A stretch of DNA of 64,000 bases, from contig CM030338.1 of assembly GCA_017654855.1 (NCBI GenBank), positions 3,906,001 through 3,970,000 on the forward strand. Reading direction: 5' to 3'. The DNA is from Podospora anserina (Eukaryota). Position 1 is the stretch's first letter. Each line of letters begins with the position of its first letter. The position numbers and the translations under genes were made by a program. The notes beneath the pieces are model-generated. The model searched no databases. It worked only from the letters and a program-made list of their open reading frames with translations, and was not told where the DNA came from. Positions 36,420-48,134 of the stretch are shown here, in pieces.

Positions 36420-39042
36420 TGCATTTGCCGGCTTCTTTTTCCTAATACGACCGCTCAAATCGCTACAAGAAGCAAGGCACCCAGCCGCCTTTGATACCCG
36501 GTGGGATTCTGCAGGCCTGGTGGAGGCTTTTTTTTATGCGAGTCTGTTGCGTAAAGCAGCGCCATGCGTTTGTTATTCTGTGGATATATATCTCTTTTGA
36601 CACGTGAGACCGGTGGTCCTTTTCCCGAATACTGCACATTTTCAGGAAAGGCGCCTGGCGTGGAACACACAAAATTCGACTTTGGCCCTGGGCATTTTAA
36701 TCGGCGCTGCCTTTTCCGACACGCGTTTCAGTCTTTTTTTTCCTGTTTGGTTAGGAAATGGGGGCCCACTGGGCACATCGATGCTTTATTCCCTTCAACT
36801 TGCAGCTATATTCCCCAGGGATGTTTTTCTCGCGTCAGCAGCGTGTTTTTTTTTTAACGACGGATTTGCTCTGGATCGGGCCTGGCAGGGACTTTTCGCA
36901 TTGTTGAGTGTGTGTCTAATGATGGCGACATGGGCCCGTTCTCTTTCCCTCCGGCAAGGAGGAGGGAATGGAGGGAACACGAATACAGATTCTTCAGCCT
37001 CGCCTTGTTCGACTCGTGTGTTGGATGTGTCTTGGTTTTGACAGAACCCGGGCTGTTTATCTTCGCGGTAGGCATCTTGGTTTGCTCCGCCATGACCTTA
37101 TTAAGCAGATCGAACTATTCAAGTAAAGGGTTGGCAAATGCCTTGTCGAGATCTTCTCAGCTTGTGACGATCAAGGGATGCTGCTGATGGAGATGCTCGG
37201 GGTACATCACCCATCCCACGCAAGCCGATGGAGAACACATATCTCATCTTGACCATGTGAACTAGGCAGACCAGACTGCTGTGTCAATGATCAACCATGT
37301 ATGTAAAAATTCAGATATTTAGTTGACCTCTCGGCTTCCCGTCCACACCCGGCCCGACTGTCTTCTCCAACGTGGCCGGCCTTGGACACAAAGCTTGGTG
37401 CGACCAGACGTCGAAACTTGTCGTGCAGCCGGCTGCAGCTGCCACAGCTGCACGCCAGATTATACCAGACGCAGCCAACGGCGATCGACAGGCCTTTTCT
37501 CTGATCGACAAGACAAGAATGCTTCGTACTGTTCCCCTCATATGACCCTCACGAGCGCGCCAGAATCTTCTTCCTGCCTGATTTGGGATTTGCCTATGAA
37601 ACAGATCAAATGCACAGTCCCTCGTTGTTTCACGGGGATAACCAGTGCCGGGAGGGCAACACGGCAGATGTTCGCTTGTGGTGGTGACACGGCGCATTGA
37701 TTTGTAGATTGGTGTAGGTGAGGATGGATGTGAGTAAGAAACAAGATCCAGGAGGAATAGGCAACCTATACGAGAAACACATGTTGAGAACGGCGAGGTC
37801 GGAACCTGGACAGAAACAGAATGTGTGAGTGAAATGCGAAGCTGTTTGGTGTGGTGGTTTGTGGCGTCATTCTGGGAAGGGCAGGAAGGCCAAGAGCGAG
37901 GAGGTGGAGCTCCAAAACTGCCCCGGCAATCTGGGGAAAGGCGACCAGGCCTTGCTTGGCGCTGCCTGCTTGCCCCTCTTGGAACTTTTCAAGACCAAGG
38001 TTTGCGCTACATTCATCCGCTTGGTGGAAGCAATCGGTGATTAGCAGGAGGCTGTCGGAGAACATTGGAAGAAAATAGCTTCGATAGCACAACAGGAACA
38101 AGCCATCTGGGGATCCGGGACACAAGAAAAGTGTCAACGGTAGGCGCCACCATCACGAGCAGCAGTTCGTGAGGAGAAGCCATCGGCTGCAGGTCTCAGA
38201 AGGGGTTTGTGGGTCAGGGTAATGCTAGCGCAGCTTTTATTGCCCTCCTCCAGAACAGCGTCTGTGAGTGGGCGAGAGCCTGCAAATGGCCCCGTGCCGC
38301 AACCAGAAAATGTCCCCACACCCTCATGATCCTGGACAGGAGAGCGAGAGAGAGACAGAGACGAGGGCCAGCGGAGCAGGAAGCGAAGAGAGGAGAACTA
38401 AAATAGCCCCCTGCTGCTTTGCCAGCCTGACCTGACCCTCTCTTACGATTTCCTCTCTCTCCTCCCGTCTTCCTCAACCTTTCAAACCCACCGCCGAAGT
38501 GCATCCCTCGTTTTGTTCTCTTTCCACTGGGGCTCTCTTCATGCTCGGCTGAAGACCCCAAGCCAATCGCTTCCCACCCATCCCTCACGTTCGCTACCTA
38601 CCCAGTTACCTACCTACCTAATTGATCACCCCAAAGACGCGTTTCCCCTGATCGATTCGAACTGTTCTGTCAAGAACCCAACGTCGAGTCTGTCGAATCC
38701 TCCGTCTACCTCCTCTCTCTACCCGCCAATCGCTTCACCACCACCCCATTCGAGACATTACTCGCTCACTCTCCCGAGGGAACGGTCCATCGTCTCGCTA
38801 GCACTCCATTTTGCCGGGTTGCGCATTCCACTGATCCCAGCATCACACCACTTGCTCACACAAACCGGGCCACCGAAGAGGAACCGAACCGTTTTCGGTC
38901 TCCTTTTCTCTTACCTCGACGACATCTGCTCTCTACATCCTACCACATCTCTTTGCGACCGAGACCCTCGCGTCGCTTTCCGAACCTCCCGAATTGTTCG
39001 AGAACAATAACAAAAACGAAAACAAAACAAGAACTACAAACC

Positions 39043-40673
39043 ATGCTCCGATCTTTGTTGCCGTTGGGCGTGGCCCTTCTCGGCGCAACCAGCGTTTTGG
39101 CTGTTGATCCTCCCTCCTGCAGTCTGGACAAGAAGTGCCCCGAGGAAGCACCCTGCTGCTCTCGTAAGTCAAAACATCCCAAGCTGTGCGCCTAGTTTGA
39201 AGCTTTTTTGGTTCCTGGTTGGCGGCCCGCTCCGCCTGTTCGTTTTGTTTGTTCAGCGTTGGGGACGGCGCTGTCAGGGTTCCTAAGGTTTCACTGCCGC
39301 AGCCTAGATCCAGCCCAAGCGTGACAAGGCACTGACGTCGGAAACTTGCATCGCAGAATACAACCAATGCGGCGTTGGCGCATTCTGTCTCGGCGGCTGC
39401 GACCCGCGCATGTCCTTCTCCATCGACTCCTGCGTCCCTGCGCCAGTATGCAAGGACAAAACCTACAAGATGGACTCGCTCGACCGGTACAAGCACATCA
39501 GCGAATACCTTGGCGACTCTAGCAAGGTGGACTGGGTTGGCCAAGGAGAGCCCCTCTTGTACAACGGCCATACCCTGTTGACCATGCCTCCCAAGTCGGT
39601 CGGCACTGTGCTGGCCACCACGACCTACATGTGGTATGGCAATGTCAAGGCCAGGATCAAGAGCTCTCGGGGCGCTGGTGTTGTTACCGCCTTCATCCTG
39701 TTTGGTGATGTCAAGGACGAAATTGACTTTGAGTGGGTTGGTGTCGATCTGAACACGGTTCAGACCAACTACTACTTCCAGGGTATTACAGATTGTGAGT
39801 ACATACTCTCTGGAGTCCAAACCTTTTGCCCAGTAGAGACTAACCATACCCCCCCCACCCCCCCCTTATTTAGACGGCAATACTGGTAACTTGACTGTGG
39901 ATGATTCGTACACCAAATTCCACGACTATGAGATCCAATGGACCCCAGACGAAATTCGGTGGCTTGTCGATGGAAAGGTTGGCCGTGTCAAGAAGAGATC
40001 CGAGACTTGGAACGCCAAGACTCAGCAGTGGAATTTCCCCCAGACGCCATCCCGTGTTCAGATCTCCATCTGGCCCGGTGGTCTCGAGACCAACGCCAAG
40101 GGCACCATTGATTGGGCTGGTGGAAAGATCGACTGGAACTCGGATGAGATCAAGAAGTATGGCTACTACTTTGCCACCTTCGGAGAGATCAAGGTCGAGT
40201 GCTGGAAGACGGACAAGTCCCCGGGCACCAACAAGGGTGTCTCTTACTACTACAATGACATCAGGGCTACCAACGACACCGTCGTCGACAGCAACAAGCC
40301 TACCATTCTCAAGAGCTTCCTCGGCACGGGGACAAACATGAACAAGGGTGAAACCACTCAGTCCGGCAGCGCCTCCCAGACCTCCGCTATTCACGCTATT
40401 CCTGGCGGTGGTGTTGTCGGGTCCGGAAACGCCCCCGGCGTTAACAATGGCGGCTCCAGCTCTGGCGGTCCCGACTCGGGCTCCAACTCCGGTGGTGGTG
40501 CTGCTGCCAACCCTGGCTGCAGCTCCGATGGCTTTTTGCAAAACTGCGGTCAGGCTGCCACTGACGGTGACAGCAATGGCAACAACAGCAACGATGGCGT
40601 TCGCGGAGCCGAAAGGCTGGGCGCCAGCGCCTTTGCTGTCATCATTGGTATTGCCGGTCTCCTCTTCCTTTGA
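39043..40673 (+). CDS. GH16 chitin transglycosylase (Crh/Utr2 type) with Cys-rich CBM18-like module and GPI signal
   Basis: Signal peptide; CPEEAPCCS|QYNQCGVGAFCLGGCDP; catalytic DEIDFEW; PQTPSRVQISIWPGG; G/S-rich stalk; hydrophobic C-terminus. Introns 39164..39355 and about 39795..39873. Confidence 0.95.
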
Positions 40674-40970
40674 AAAAACAACAACCGGAGTCTTCTCACC
40701 ATTTTCTCTCGCATGTTCGGCGAAAAGTGGGCGCTTACATGATGTTTTGTTTTGACTCTTCTCCCCTCGCGCGGCTGCTGACCACAACTTAATATTTTGC
40801 TACACCTTCTTTGTGTTTACTTGATACCATGCCGGTATATATACGGCTTTTTATTTTTTTTGCTTCATTTTATGCAGCATCACGCTCGGGAGTTTAGCGG
40901 CATTTCATCGGCGGCTTGTGATAATTGCTTGTCAAGATTTGGTACTTCTCTGTTTCGTATGTATACCTCA

Positions 40971-40972
<2 letters not shown>

Positions 40973-41007
<35 letters not shown>
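40973..41007. repeat. (CAAG)n microsatellite
   Basis: About 8 tandem CAAG units. Confidence 0.9.
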
Positions 41008-41257
41008 TGGTATTGTATGAGAGGAGAGGTTGGATTTATAGAAGGCGGCATGTCATTTTGGATGCTGTTGTGTTTTGTTGGGTGTATATATATACTGGTG
41101 TTCTATAGGAGTAAAAGTTGAGTGAGAATTGAGAGTGTCTGAACGGAGATTTTTGTCTGCGGCTTTTGACTGATAAGCTCGCGACTATACTACGTGTCTG
41201 GTACAGGCTCCTGATGTTGTTTTCATCGAACTCGACAGTGATTTGGCACACAAACTA

Positions 41258-42459
41258 TTACACCTGTTTGTCCTTCTGCCCCTCAACAGCCCGAATACTC
41301 TCCTCGGCTCTCAGATACCCCCTTTCCCGATGCAGCCTCTCCAAATACTCGCCCACCCGCGGGTACTCGTGTCCCACAGGGGTATCTTGCCCGCCTTGCC
41401 ATCGCCGGCAGAGACCATCACCTTGCCCACCCCGTCCCTGGCAGTGGCCAAGTTGAAGCTAAGCAGGATATCCACCGCGGTCAGGAATCCCCCCGCAGAG
41501 ATACCTCTCGCCTTCTTCATCGCCAGCAGCAGAAGGCGAAGTGGCGAGCATTCCGTCCAAAAAGGCGAGGTGCTTCTCCGCAGTGGGGCACGACAAACGC
41601 CTTGTAGATCTTGTCGGCGACGAACCCGGTGATGGGGCGGAGGAAGAAGGGGATTTTGTTGCTGCCAAAGACTGTCTTGCTTTCCCCGTCAGCATCTCAA
41701 AGAGAAAATGGTTGGTTGGTTGGTAGGTGAAAAACATACCGGCCAAGATCACCCCGACCACCAACGTCAGCGCGAAGCTCCCCTCTGCATAGTGAAGCAG
41801 ATGCTGGTACCTCATCCCCCCCCCATCTCCCCTCCTATCTTTCCTTCCCTCCCCTCAACCCATCTCTTCGGGATCAATGTTTTTCTTCCACTTTTGGGGG
41901 GGAAGTGATCGCAGAGATACTCGACGATGAAGCCGCTCTCTGCCAGGACGACAGGTTCCCGGTGAGGTAACGAGATTGTCAGGATGGGTGATGTCCCTAG
42001 GGGGTAGACCTTTTCCAGCTCGCGGGGGGCGAGGCCGCTGGGGGTGTGGTGGAATGGTCTGACGGTATAGGTTAGGTCGAGCTCCTCGAGGAGCCAGACG
42101 ACGCGCTGGGCTCGGTAGTCGTTGAGCCTACCTGGGGGGGGGGGCGTTAAGTTGTGTTGGTGATGAGGGTTAGGGTTGATTAGGAATCGTTGACAAGGGG
42201 ATGTCAGGGGATATCAACAGGAACAAAACATCTCATCACGTGGTGAGCGCGATAGCCTCAAGCAAGCTCGCCACGCCACGTGGGTTCAACAACGGCTTTG
42301 GGACCAGATGCGCGAGAAATGGGCTGCGGTAGTGCCCGTGAGAAATGCATGATACCCAAGACTAGTTTGGACATACCAGTAGAGCGTTGTCTCTGGTTTA
42401 TTGGACGGCGATAATGTGCTCGTAGATTGGGGTGGGTCTTGGGGATTTGGTGATGTCAT
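41258..42459 (-). pseudogene. Gtt1-like glutathione S-transferase, frameshifted (pseudogene or locally mis-assembled)
   Basis: LYW|LNDYRAQRVVWLLEEL, PLGTSPIL, LAESGFIVEYL, MRYQHLLHYAEGS, YLCG/GFLTAVDILLSF and EYPRVGEYLERL lie in different frames. Intron 42128..42376; second intron about 41672..41739; four frame changes. Confidence 0.85.
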
Positions 42460-43677
42460 GTTTGTATGAAGACACAACCGTTGCTCCGACCAATCTGTGC
42501 TTCCACGTGAAGCGTTGTCTGGTTGGGAGGGTGGTTATCGGTTTCCGATGTTGTTAAGACTGCGTTGGCCGCCAAGGGAAAGAACGAAGAGGCTAACAGT
42601 TTTGACTTGTTGGAGGAACGGTCTTGGTGTCGGGCAGTTTATCCGCTTGGTGTTCTTGTTACATGATGGTATTTTTCAAGCAAGGCTCCATGGGATAAAG
42701 ACGGATCAGCACCCGTGCGGCTCTCCACACCAGAAGCGTCCCGACCTGGCGCGGCTGAAATTATTGGTCTGGACGGCTTAGTGGTCTTTTGACACCGCCG
42801 GCCGGCTCTTTGGCCCGTGGTTGTAGCGTAGCTGACGCCACGTCTACCAGGTACACTATGTAATCGCTTTCTCGTGATTCGGACCATATTGAGACGCCAA
42901 TACCAACGGCGCATTTTCTGGTCGAACGGAAGCGACATGAACGTTCGAGGGTTAGGCGACCCTAACCCTCCACTTGCCAACTTTTAAGCTGGCACAACGT
43001 CCAACGTCCCGCGCTGCTGGGTGAACCCGGTCGACGACTTGGGCAGCATGACCTGAGCGGGCGAGATTGGTGTTGTATTTGGGCATCCTCTCAAGGTCTT
43101 GAAGATCGAAAGGCCAGCGTGATGGACCGCGTGATAATGGGCGAGGCCCTGCGAAGACATGCAACCCTCCGTTTACGGTGCTGTGGGAATCAGCTAGCGA
43201 GTCTAGGCGGCGGGGGTCCCTGAGGGTTGCTTGATAGGGCTGGACCAATCAAGCCAACCGGAGTTCCAGCGCAGCGTCCAGCGGGGGGGCCGCTGTGGGT
43301 ACCGATGGATGCGCTCGGGTCCAGGTCCGCGATCCGCCTGCGCCGCTGAGTTGCATCCATCGCCCAGACCTCTGGAGCTCTGGCTGGCCTGCCTGCTGCC
43401 CGCCCTCAAGGTACCGTTCCCGAGCGAGGGGGAAGCTGTCGGAGCTGGAGGAGGAGGTATAACTGGCGGGGGGTCCTCCTCTGGTCTTGCCTGTGCCTCT
43501 CTTTTCTGCCGTTCTTATGATTCAACATCTCTCCCAGCTGGCTGGCTGCACACACACACTCGTTCTTGTTTACTCTAGCTTCGTCGCCACCTCAAGTCAA
43601 CAAACCCCTGACCCTTGAGAGTGTCAGCTGTTCAATCACACCCAAACAGCACAGCCAACCACCATAGAGTCAACAAC

Positions 43678-44865
43678 ATGACTGAAAAACACAGCAACCG
43701 ACCCAAAACAAACCTCCTCACCACACCCGGTGAAATCCGCAACCAGATCTACTCCTACCTCCTCCCCACCCACGAGACAATCGTCATTGCCTCGCAGCGA
43801 AAAGACAGCTTTTCGTCGTCGTCGTCGTCGTCCTCCCAACAACACTACATTGGCAAATCCCTCCGCCGCGACCTCTTGACCCTCTTTCTTACAAGCAAGC
43901 AAATCCACCTCGAAGCCTCCACCTTCTTTTACAGCAACAACACGTTCGTCCTACCGGGGGACGCCACCTCCTTACCACACCAGGCGCAAGCCAACCTGCT
44001 ACTGCGCTGGTTCCTCGACCGGATCGGCGAGAGAAACTGCTCCAACTTGAGAAGGCTAGGGATTCCGTTCCCGCTGGAGGGTGGTCTGGGCCAACTCCAG
44101 CTAGGGGATGGGTGCGAGCAAGCGATTGAGGAGGAGGAAGGGGCCAAGAGGATGAGGTTCATCTCTGGCTTGGTGAGGAGGTGCCCCAACCTGGAGGAGC
44201 TAGAGGTTGATCTAGGGAGAGGTGACACGCCTAGCCTGGCGGGGACGGCGCCGGTGCCGAGCAAGATGGAGATGGCGGGGTCGGTGGAGAGGCTGCTGAG
44301 GCAGTCGTGGGCGGGGCTCAAGGCGGTGAGGGTGTATTGGGGCGACCAGGTTATTTACAAGCGGCGGAGGCGGCGGGCGAGGAGTCTGGAGTATGGTATG
44401 CCGCCTGAGCAGGTGCCGATGGGGGAGGAGTGGGTGGTGGTGAATATGAGGGATGACGAGGAGGATCAGGCTCGGTATCGGGAACGGTATTGTGAGCGTC
44501 GGGAGTGGAGGCTGGAAGATGCCGTCCATGACTTTTACTCTCCTTACTCGAGCATCAATCTCCGGTCGTCTTTTGCTCTGGAGAGGTACAGGGTCGCTGC
44601 GAGAGCTGCCGAAGCTGCCCCTTCGAGGGACTGGTTGAGCAGCCAGCATCCGAGGATCGAGTTCGCCAAGGCGTTTCTCAAGTCCCCCTCGCGCGCAATG
44701 AGCGAGAGAAACGAGGAGAAGGAGTGGTGGCGGATTCGAAGGAAGATGGCGAGGGAGTACACTGTTTCCTATTGCTGCACCATGGCTGGAGGGAGCAGCT
44801 ATCGGACCAGGAGCAAGCGGAAGAGGACTACAACCTGGTTGAGGAACACATTAGCACGACTCTAG
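43678..44865 (+). CDS. Hypothetical protein with F-box-like N-terminus (DUF7730-like fungal family)
   Basis: Intronless ORF with LLTTPGEIRNQIYSYLL, LFLTSKQIHLEASTFFYSNNTF and WFLDRIG..N...LRRL motifs. Confidence 0.75.
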   Translation: MTEKHSNRPKTNLLTTPGEIRNQIYSYLLPTHETIVIASQRKDSFSSSSSSSSQQHYIGKSLRRDLLTLFLTSKQIHLEASTFFYSNNTFVLPGDATSLPHQAQANLLLRWFLDRIGERNCSNLRRLGIPFPLEGGLGQLQLGDGCEQAIEEEEGAKRMRFISGLVRRCPNLEELEVDLGRGDTPSLAGTAPVPSKMEMAGSVERLLRQSWAGLKAVRVYWGDQVIYKRRRRRARSLEYGMPPEQVPMGEEWVVVNMRDDEEDQARYRERYCERREWRLEDAVHDFYSPYSSINLRSSFALERYRVAARAAEAAPSRDWLSSQHPRIEFAKAFLKSPSRAMSERNEEKEWWRIRRKMAREYTVSYCCTMAGGSSYRTRSKRKRTTTWLRNTLARL

Positions 44866-45253
44866 TCGCGGTTTTTAGGCGAGGGATTTTGATTCGGCAT
44901 ATTCCTTTTTTTTTCTTCTTTTTTTTTCTTTCTTTTTTTTATATTGTTTTTTTTTTGTTTTTGTTTTTTCTTTGGTTGCGTGATACCATTTACTTGGCTT
45001 GAATTGGGTTTTGGGTGTCGGTTTATGGGTTATATGTTTGATGATGATACCAGGTTGATGCCTGAAGGCAGCTTGGTGTTTGGATTATGCCTTGCAACCT
45101 ATTTCCTCTAGATGATACCTTGTTTGAACGGGCAATTTGGCTCGAATACAGTTGACGTTATTTTTATTTTTTTCAAGTTTGTCCCTTGATTACTTGCCAC
45201 AACACGTAACCCGCTTCATAGGATACTTCCAGCCCGATACTCATGACAGTGGC

Positions 45254-45917
45254 CTAAACAGCCTCCTCGGCAGACTTCAACAACTTCCTCACCCTATCCT
45301 TTGCAATATCACACATTGCCTATTTACCCCTAGTTAGCGCACGCATCACTCACTCACATCAACCCTCACACCGAAAAACTCACCTGTATCCCCTCCTTCT
45401 CCTCCTCCCTAATATCCCCCCTCTTGATCCTCCGCTCCATATCCTCCATAATCACCCCCCTCCCCCGCCCGTTCACAAAAACGACATACCTCAACCCCGG
45501 AAAAGCCTTTTCGTACTCCTCGTTCAGCTCGGCCAACCTCCTCGCCTCGTTTTCATCCCCTCCCCTGAGTTGCTTTTGCTCATTCTTGCTCTGCTCGCTC
45601 AACTCCTCGTCCTCTTGCTTCACCTTTGGCGCGCCCAATCTGGGGTGGCTGCCCAGGACGTGATGCAGCTTCTTTTTCCCCTCGGAGTTGTCCTGGACTT
45701 GGGAGGCGATGGTGAGCAGCTGGCCTCGGAGGGTGTCGATTAGCTCGTCGTAGGAGGCGAAGGAGCAGGTGCGGATGGTGGGGAGGGCGAGGGAATGGAG
45801 TTCGGAAGTTGGTTCGAAGAGGAGGTCGAGGGTGGAGGTGAGGGTTGTGTCTGGGAGGGTGGGGAGGGAGGAGATGGCGGGTAGGAAGGGGGTTGCGGTG
45901 GGGTTGAGGGGGGACAT
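45254..45917 (-). CDS. OHCU decarboxylase-like protein (purine/urate catabolism)
   Basis: LDLLFEP, SYDELI, HPRLG, S..EQ, LNEEYEKAFPGLRYVVFVNGR. Intron about 45320..45383; last exon AMCDIAKDRV...AV*. Confidence 0.9.
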
Positions 45918-46832
45918 GGTTTTGAGTAGGTAGTTGGTGAACGCACGGTGAGAGAGAGGGATGAAATGTTGTGAGCGAGAGAGTGATGAATTATGAGTTT
46001 GAACAACGGGATGAAACCTGACACAAAAGCGTAGCGTGTTGTCTTTATCTACCTGCAGATTTACACAAGAGGTTTGATATGATCCAAGGTGCGGTTGTGG
46101 AGAATGCGCGGGGGGGTGTATGGGTCGGGTGTCAGCCCCGCCCGCAGCTCGCCGAGAAGTACAAGTGACGTCGGAGCTCGGATGACGAACCAGCGGACCG
46201 GAGCGGTGGCTGATCGGCTGGGTCCTCCTCTCGGTTGATGAGATCTGGCAGCTCCGACCGGAGTCCCCTGGCTTCACCGTAAAGTTTTGTCTGCTTTTAA
46301 AGACCTCCGGCCTCTCCTGATATGGTCTGTCTTTACCTATGTTTAAACAGAGACTCGAAGATACACCACGCAGCATCATCGAAAGAACAGCTCAGCTCAG
46401 CAACCCAATTGGGTCCACTTCCTCCGATTCCGCTCTCGGCCGGCGCCGTGCGAGGCTGCCAGCCGGTCAAAGTTCTGTCTGTTTGTATCGATAGGTATAT
46501 TTGCCTTTTCTTAACCCCTCTCCAACAACAACAACAACAGCGAAACATGATGCATAGTTTTCGCGAACCGGCAAATGCGTCTTTCAAACAGCGATATATA
46601 AAAACAAAAAGCAATTGTGCCGCCCAACCATTCATCCCAACCAACCAAAAAAAAAGACAGGATGCTGCGACAAATATGCCACCCCAACCTGACCAGCCAA
46701 CCCCACTAATTCCACCCACCCGGACTCGCCTGTCCTGTTCTGTCCAGAGTCTTTGGTGTCGTGGCTGCCAGTGCCGTCTGTAGGTATGAAATGCAATTAA
46801 TTTAATGCCCAGTTTCGGCAATATGCCGTGTG

Positions 46833-48134
46833 TTAGCACCTAGCGTTCCACGGAATCCCGTCCAAGTCGTCCATGTAATCCTCAAACTGCTCGGCAGGAC
46901 CTTCTTCATCAGACTCGTCGCCCTCACCCCCGCCTCCAAAGATCAGCCCGAAATCGGCATAGACCTCGTCAGGCTCGTCACCATACCGGCTCTCATGCAC
47001 CGATGTGGGAAACGCCACGCTGTCGTCGTCGAGGTCCTCAATGTCATCCAACGGCAGAGCCGGCCGGGTGACTCTCAGTTCTGGTGAGCGGAGGGGCCGT
47101 AACCTCGGACTGGGAATTCGCAGTCTTGTTGGCGATGCTCCGCTGGCTGTTGGCCCGAGTGGTGGTGACCTGCTCGGTGGCGATGATGGTGTTATCGCCG
47201 GTTTTGGGGTGCAGGAGGACGGATGCGGGGAGATGGAAATCACCGGCGTAGTTGCCCCAGTCGATGATGGGTGCATGGCCCTCATCAAGGCGAAACTAGC
47301 CCCTTCTACACCTGGCTGCTGCTGCTGCTGTGAAGCGGGATGTGTAGCTTGCGTCTCTGGCCCGTGGCTCCCTCGACCGCCTCGAGACATGCCCTCGGTT
47401 GCCATTCGTAACCGACACCGGTTGAAGATGGCTTGCCGCCGCAAGAAGGAATCCGGGCTGACCTGTGGCGGTAGTGGCTGTGGTTGAAGCTTTCTGGTTG
47501 CCATGATGGCGGCAAGTTTGAGAAAGCGTTTGTCACCCGAAGCGACGACTTCTCGGTTGAGAATGTGCGTGGCCGGGAGGGAGAAAGGCGCTGAAAGCCG
47601 TGAGGTGACAAACTGTCGCAATAGTCGCCGCTTTTTGCAACTCATGGTGGCTGTGTTGTAACCGTCCACATCCGAGTCTGGTCGTCGACGCTTCAGACTC
47701 GGCCGGGGACGAATTGGTAAGCTGTTGGGCGCAAAGGTGAACTTGACCCCCTCCTCCGCGTGATAACCAAACTGGTCCAGGGAATGACGGGATCCTGGTA
47801 ATGACGGGATATCCACATCATCCTCAGCCTTGTTGACGGTGACGGGAGTTGGGGGGGAAGTAATAGTGGCGGGTGGAGAGGGTTCCTGGAGAACATGAAT
47901 GCTGGATGACCTGGACGATGTGGGCTTCTCGGTCAGTTCCAGAAACCGACCATCTGCTTTGCTGGTCCTCGCTGAAAGCTCGCATAGGTCGTTCAAGGCC
48001 GGTAGGGCGGCTGCTCGCAAGAGGGCGGCACCCAGGTCGACACGTTCATTCTGCTGAAAACGAGAATCTCGAAAGTGCCATGGTCCGTACTGTTCAAACG
48101 AACTCTGACTGATGGGCTCGAGCTGAACCCCCAT
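46833..48134 (-). CDS. Conserved-looking fungal hypothetical protein (basic core, acidic C-terminus)
   Basis: Long intronless ORF with LKRRRP, KKRRLLRQFVTSRLSAPFSLPATHILNRE and DEVYADFGLIF...EDYMDDLDGIPW. Confidence 0.8.
   Translation of the reverse strand: MGVQLEPISQSSFEQYGPWHFRDSRFQQNERVDLGAALLRAAALPALNDLCELSARTSKADGRFLELTEKPTSSRSSSIHVLQEPSPPATITSPPTPVTVNKAEDDVDIPSLPGSRHSLDQFGYHAEEGVKFTFAPNSLPIRPRPSLKRRRPDSDVDGYNTATMSCKKRRLLRQFVTSRLSAPFSLPATHILNREVVASGDKRFLKLAAIMATRKLQPQPLPPQVSPDSFLRRQAIFNRCRLRMATEGMSRGGRGSHGPETQATHPASQQQQQPGVEGASFALMRAMHPSSTGATTPVISISPHPSSCTPKPAITPSSPPSRSPPLGPTASGASPTRLRIPSPRLRPLRSPELRVTRPALPLDDIEDLDDDSVAFPTSVHESRYGDEPDEVYADFGLIFGGGGEGDESDEEGPAEQFEDYMDDLDGIPWNARC

Noticed and set aside
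38933..40787. Minus-strand ORFs of about 300 aa
   Set aside because: Antisense shadows of the GH16 gene.
42165..42178. Telomere-like TTAGGG sequence
   Set aside because: Fewer than two full units, inside an intron.
45918..46379. N-terminal extension of the OHCU decarboxylase ORF
   Set aside because: Non-coding composition; ATG 45917 has a good context and matches the family start.
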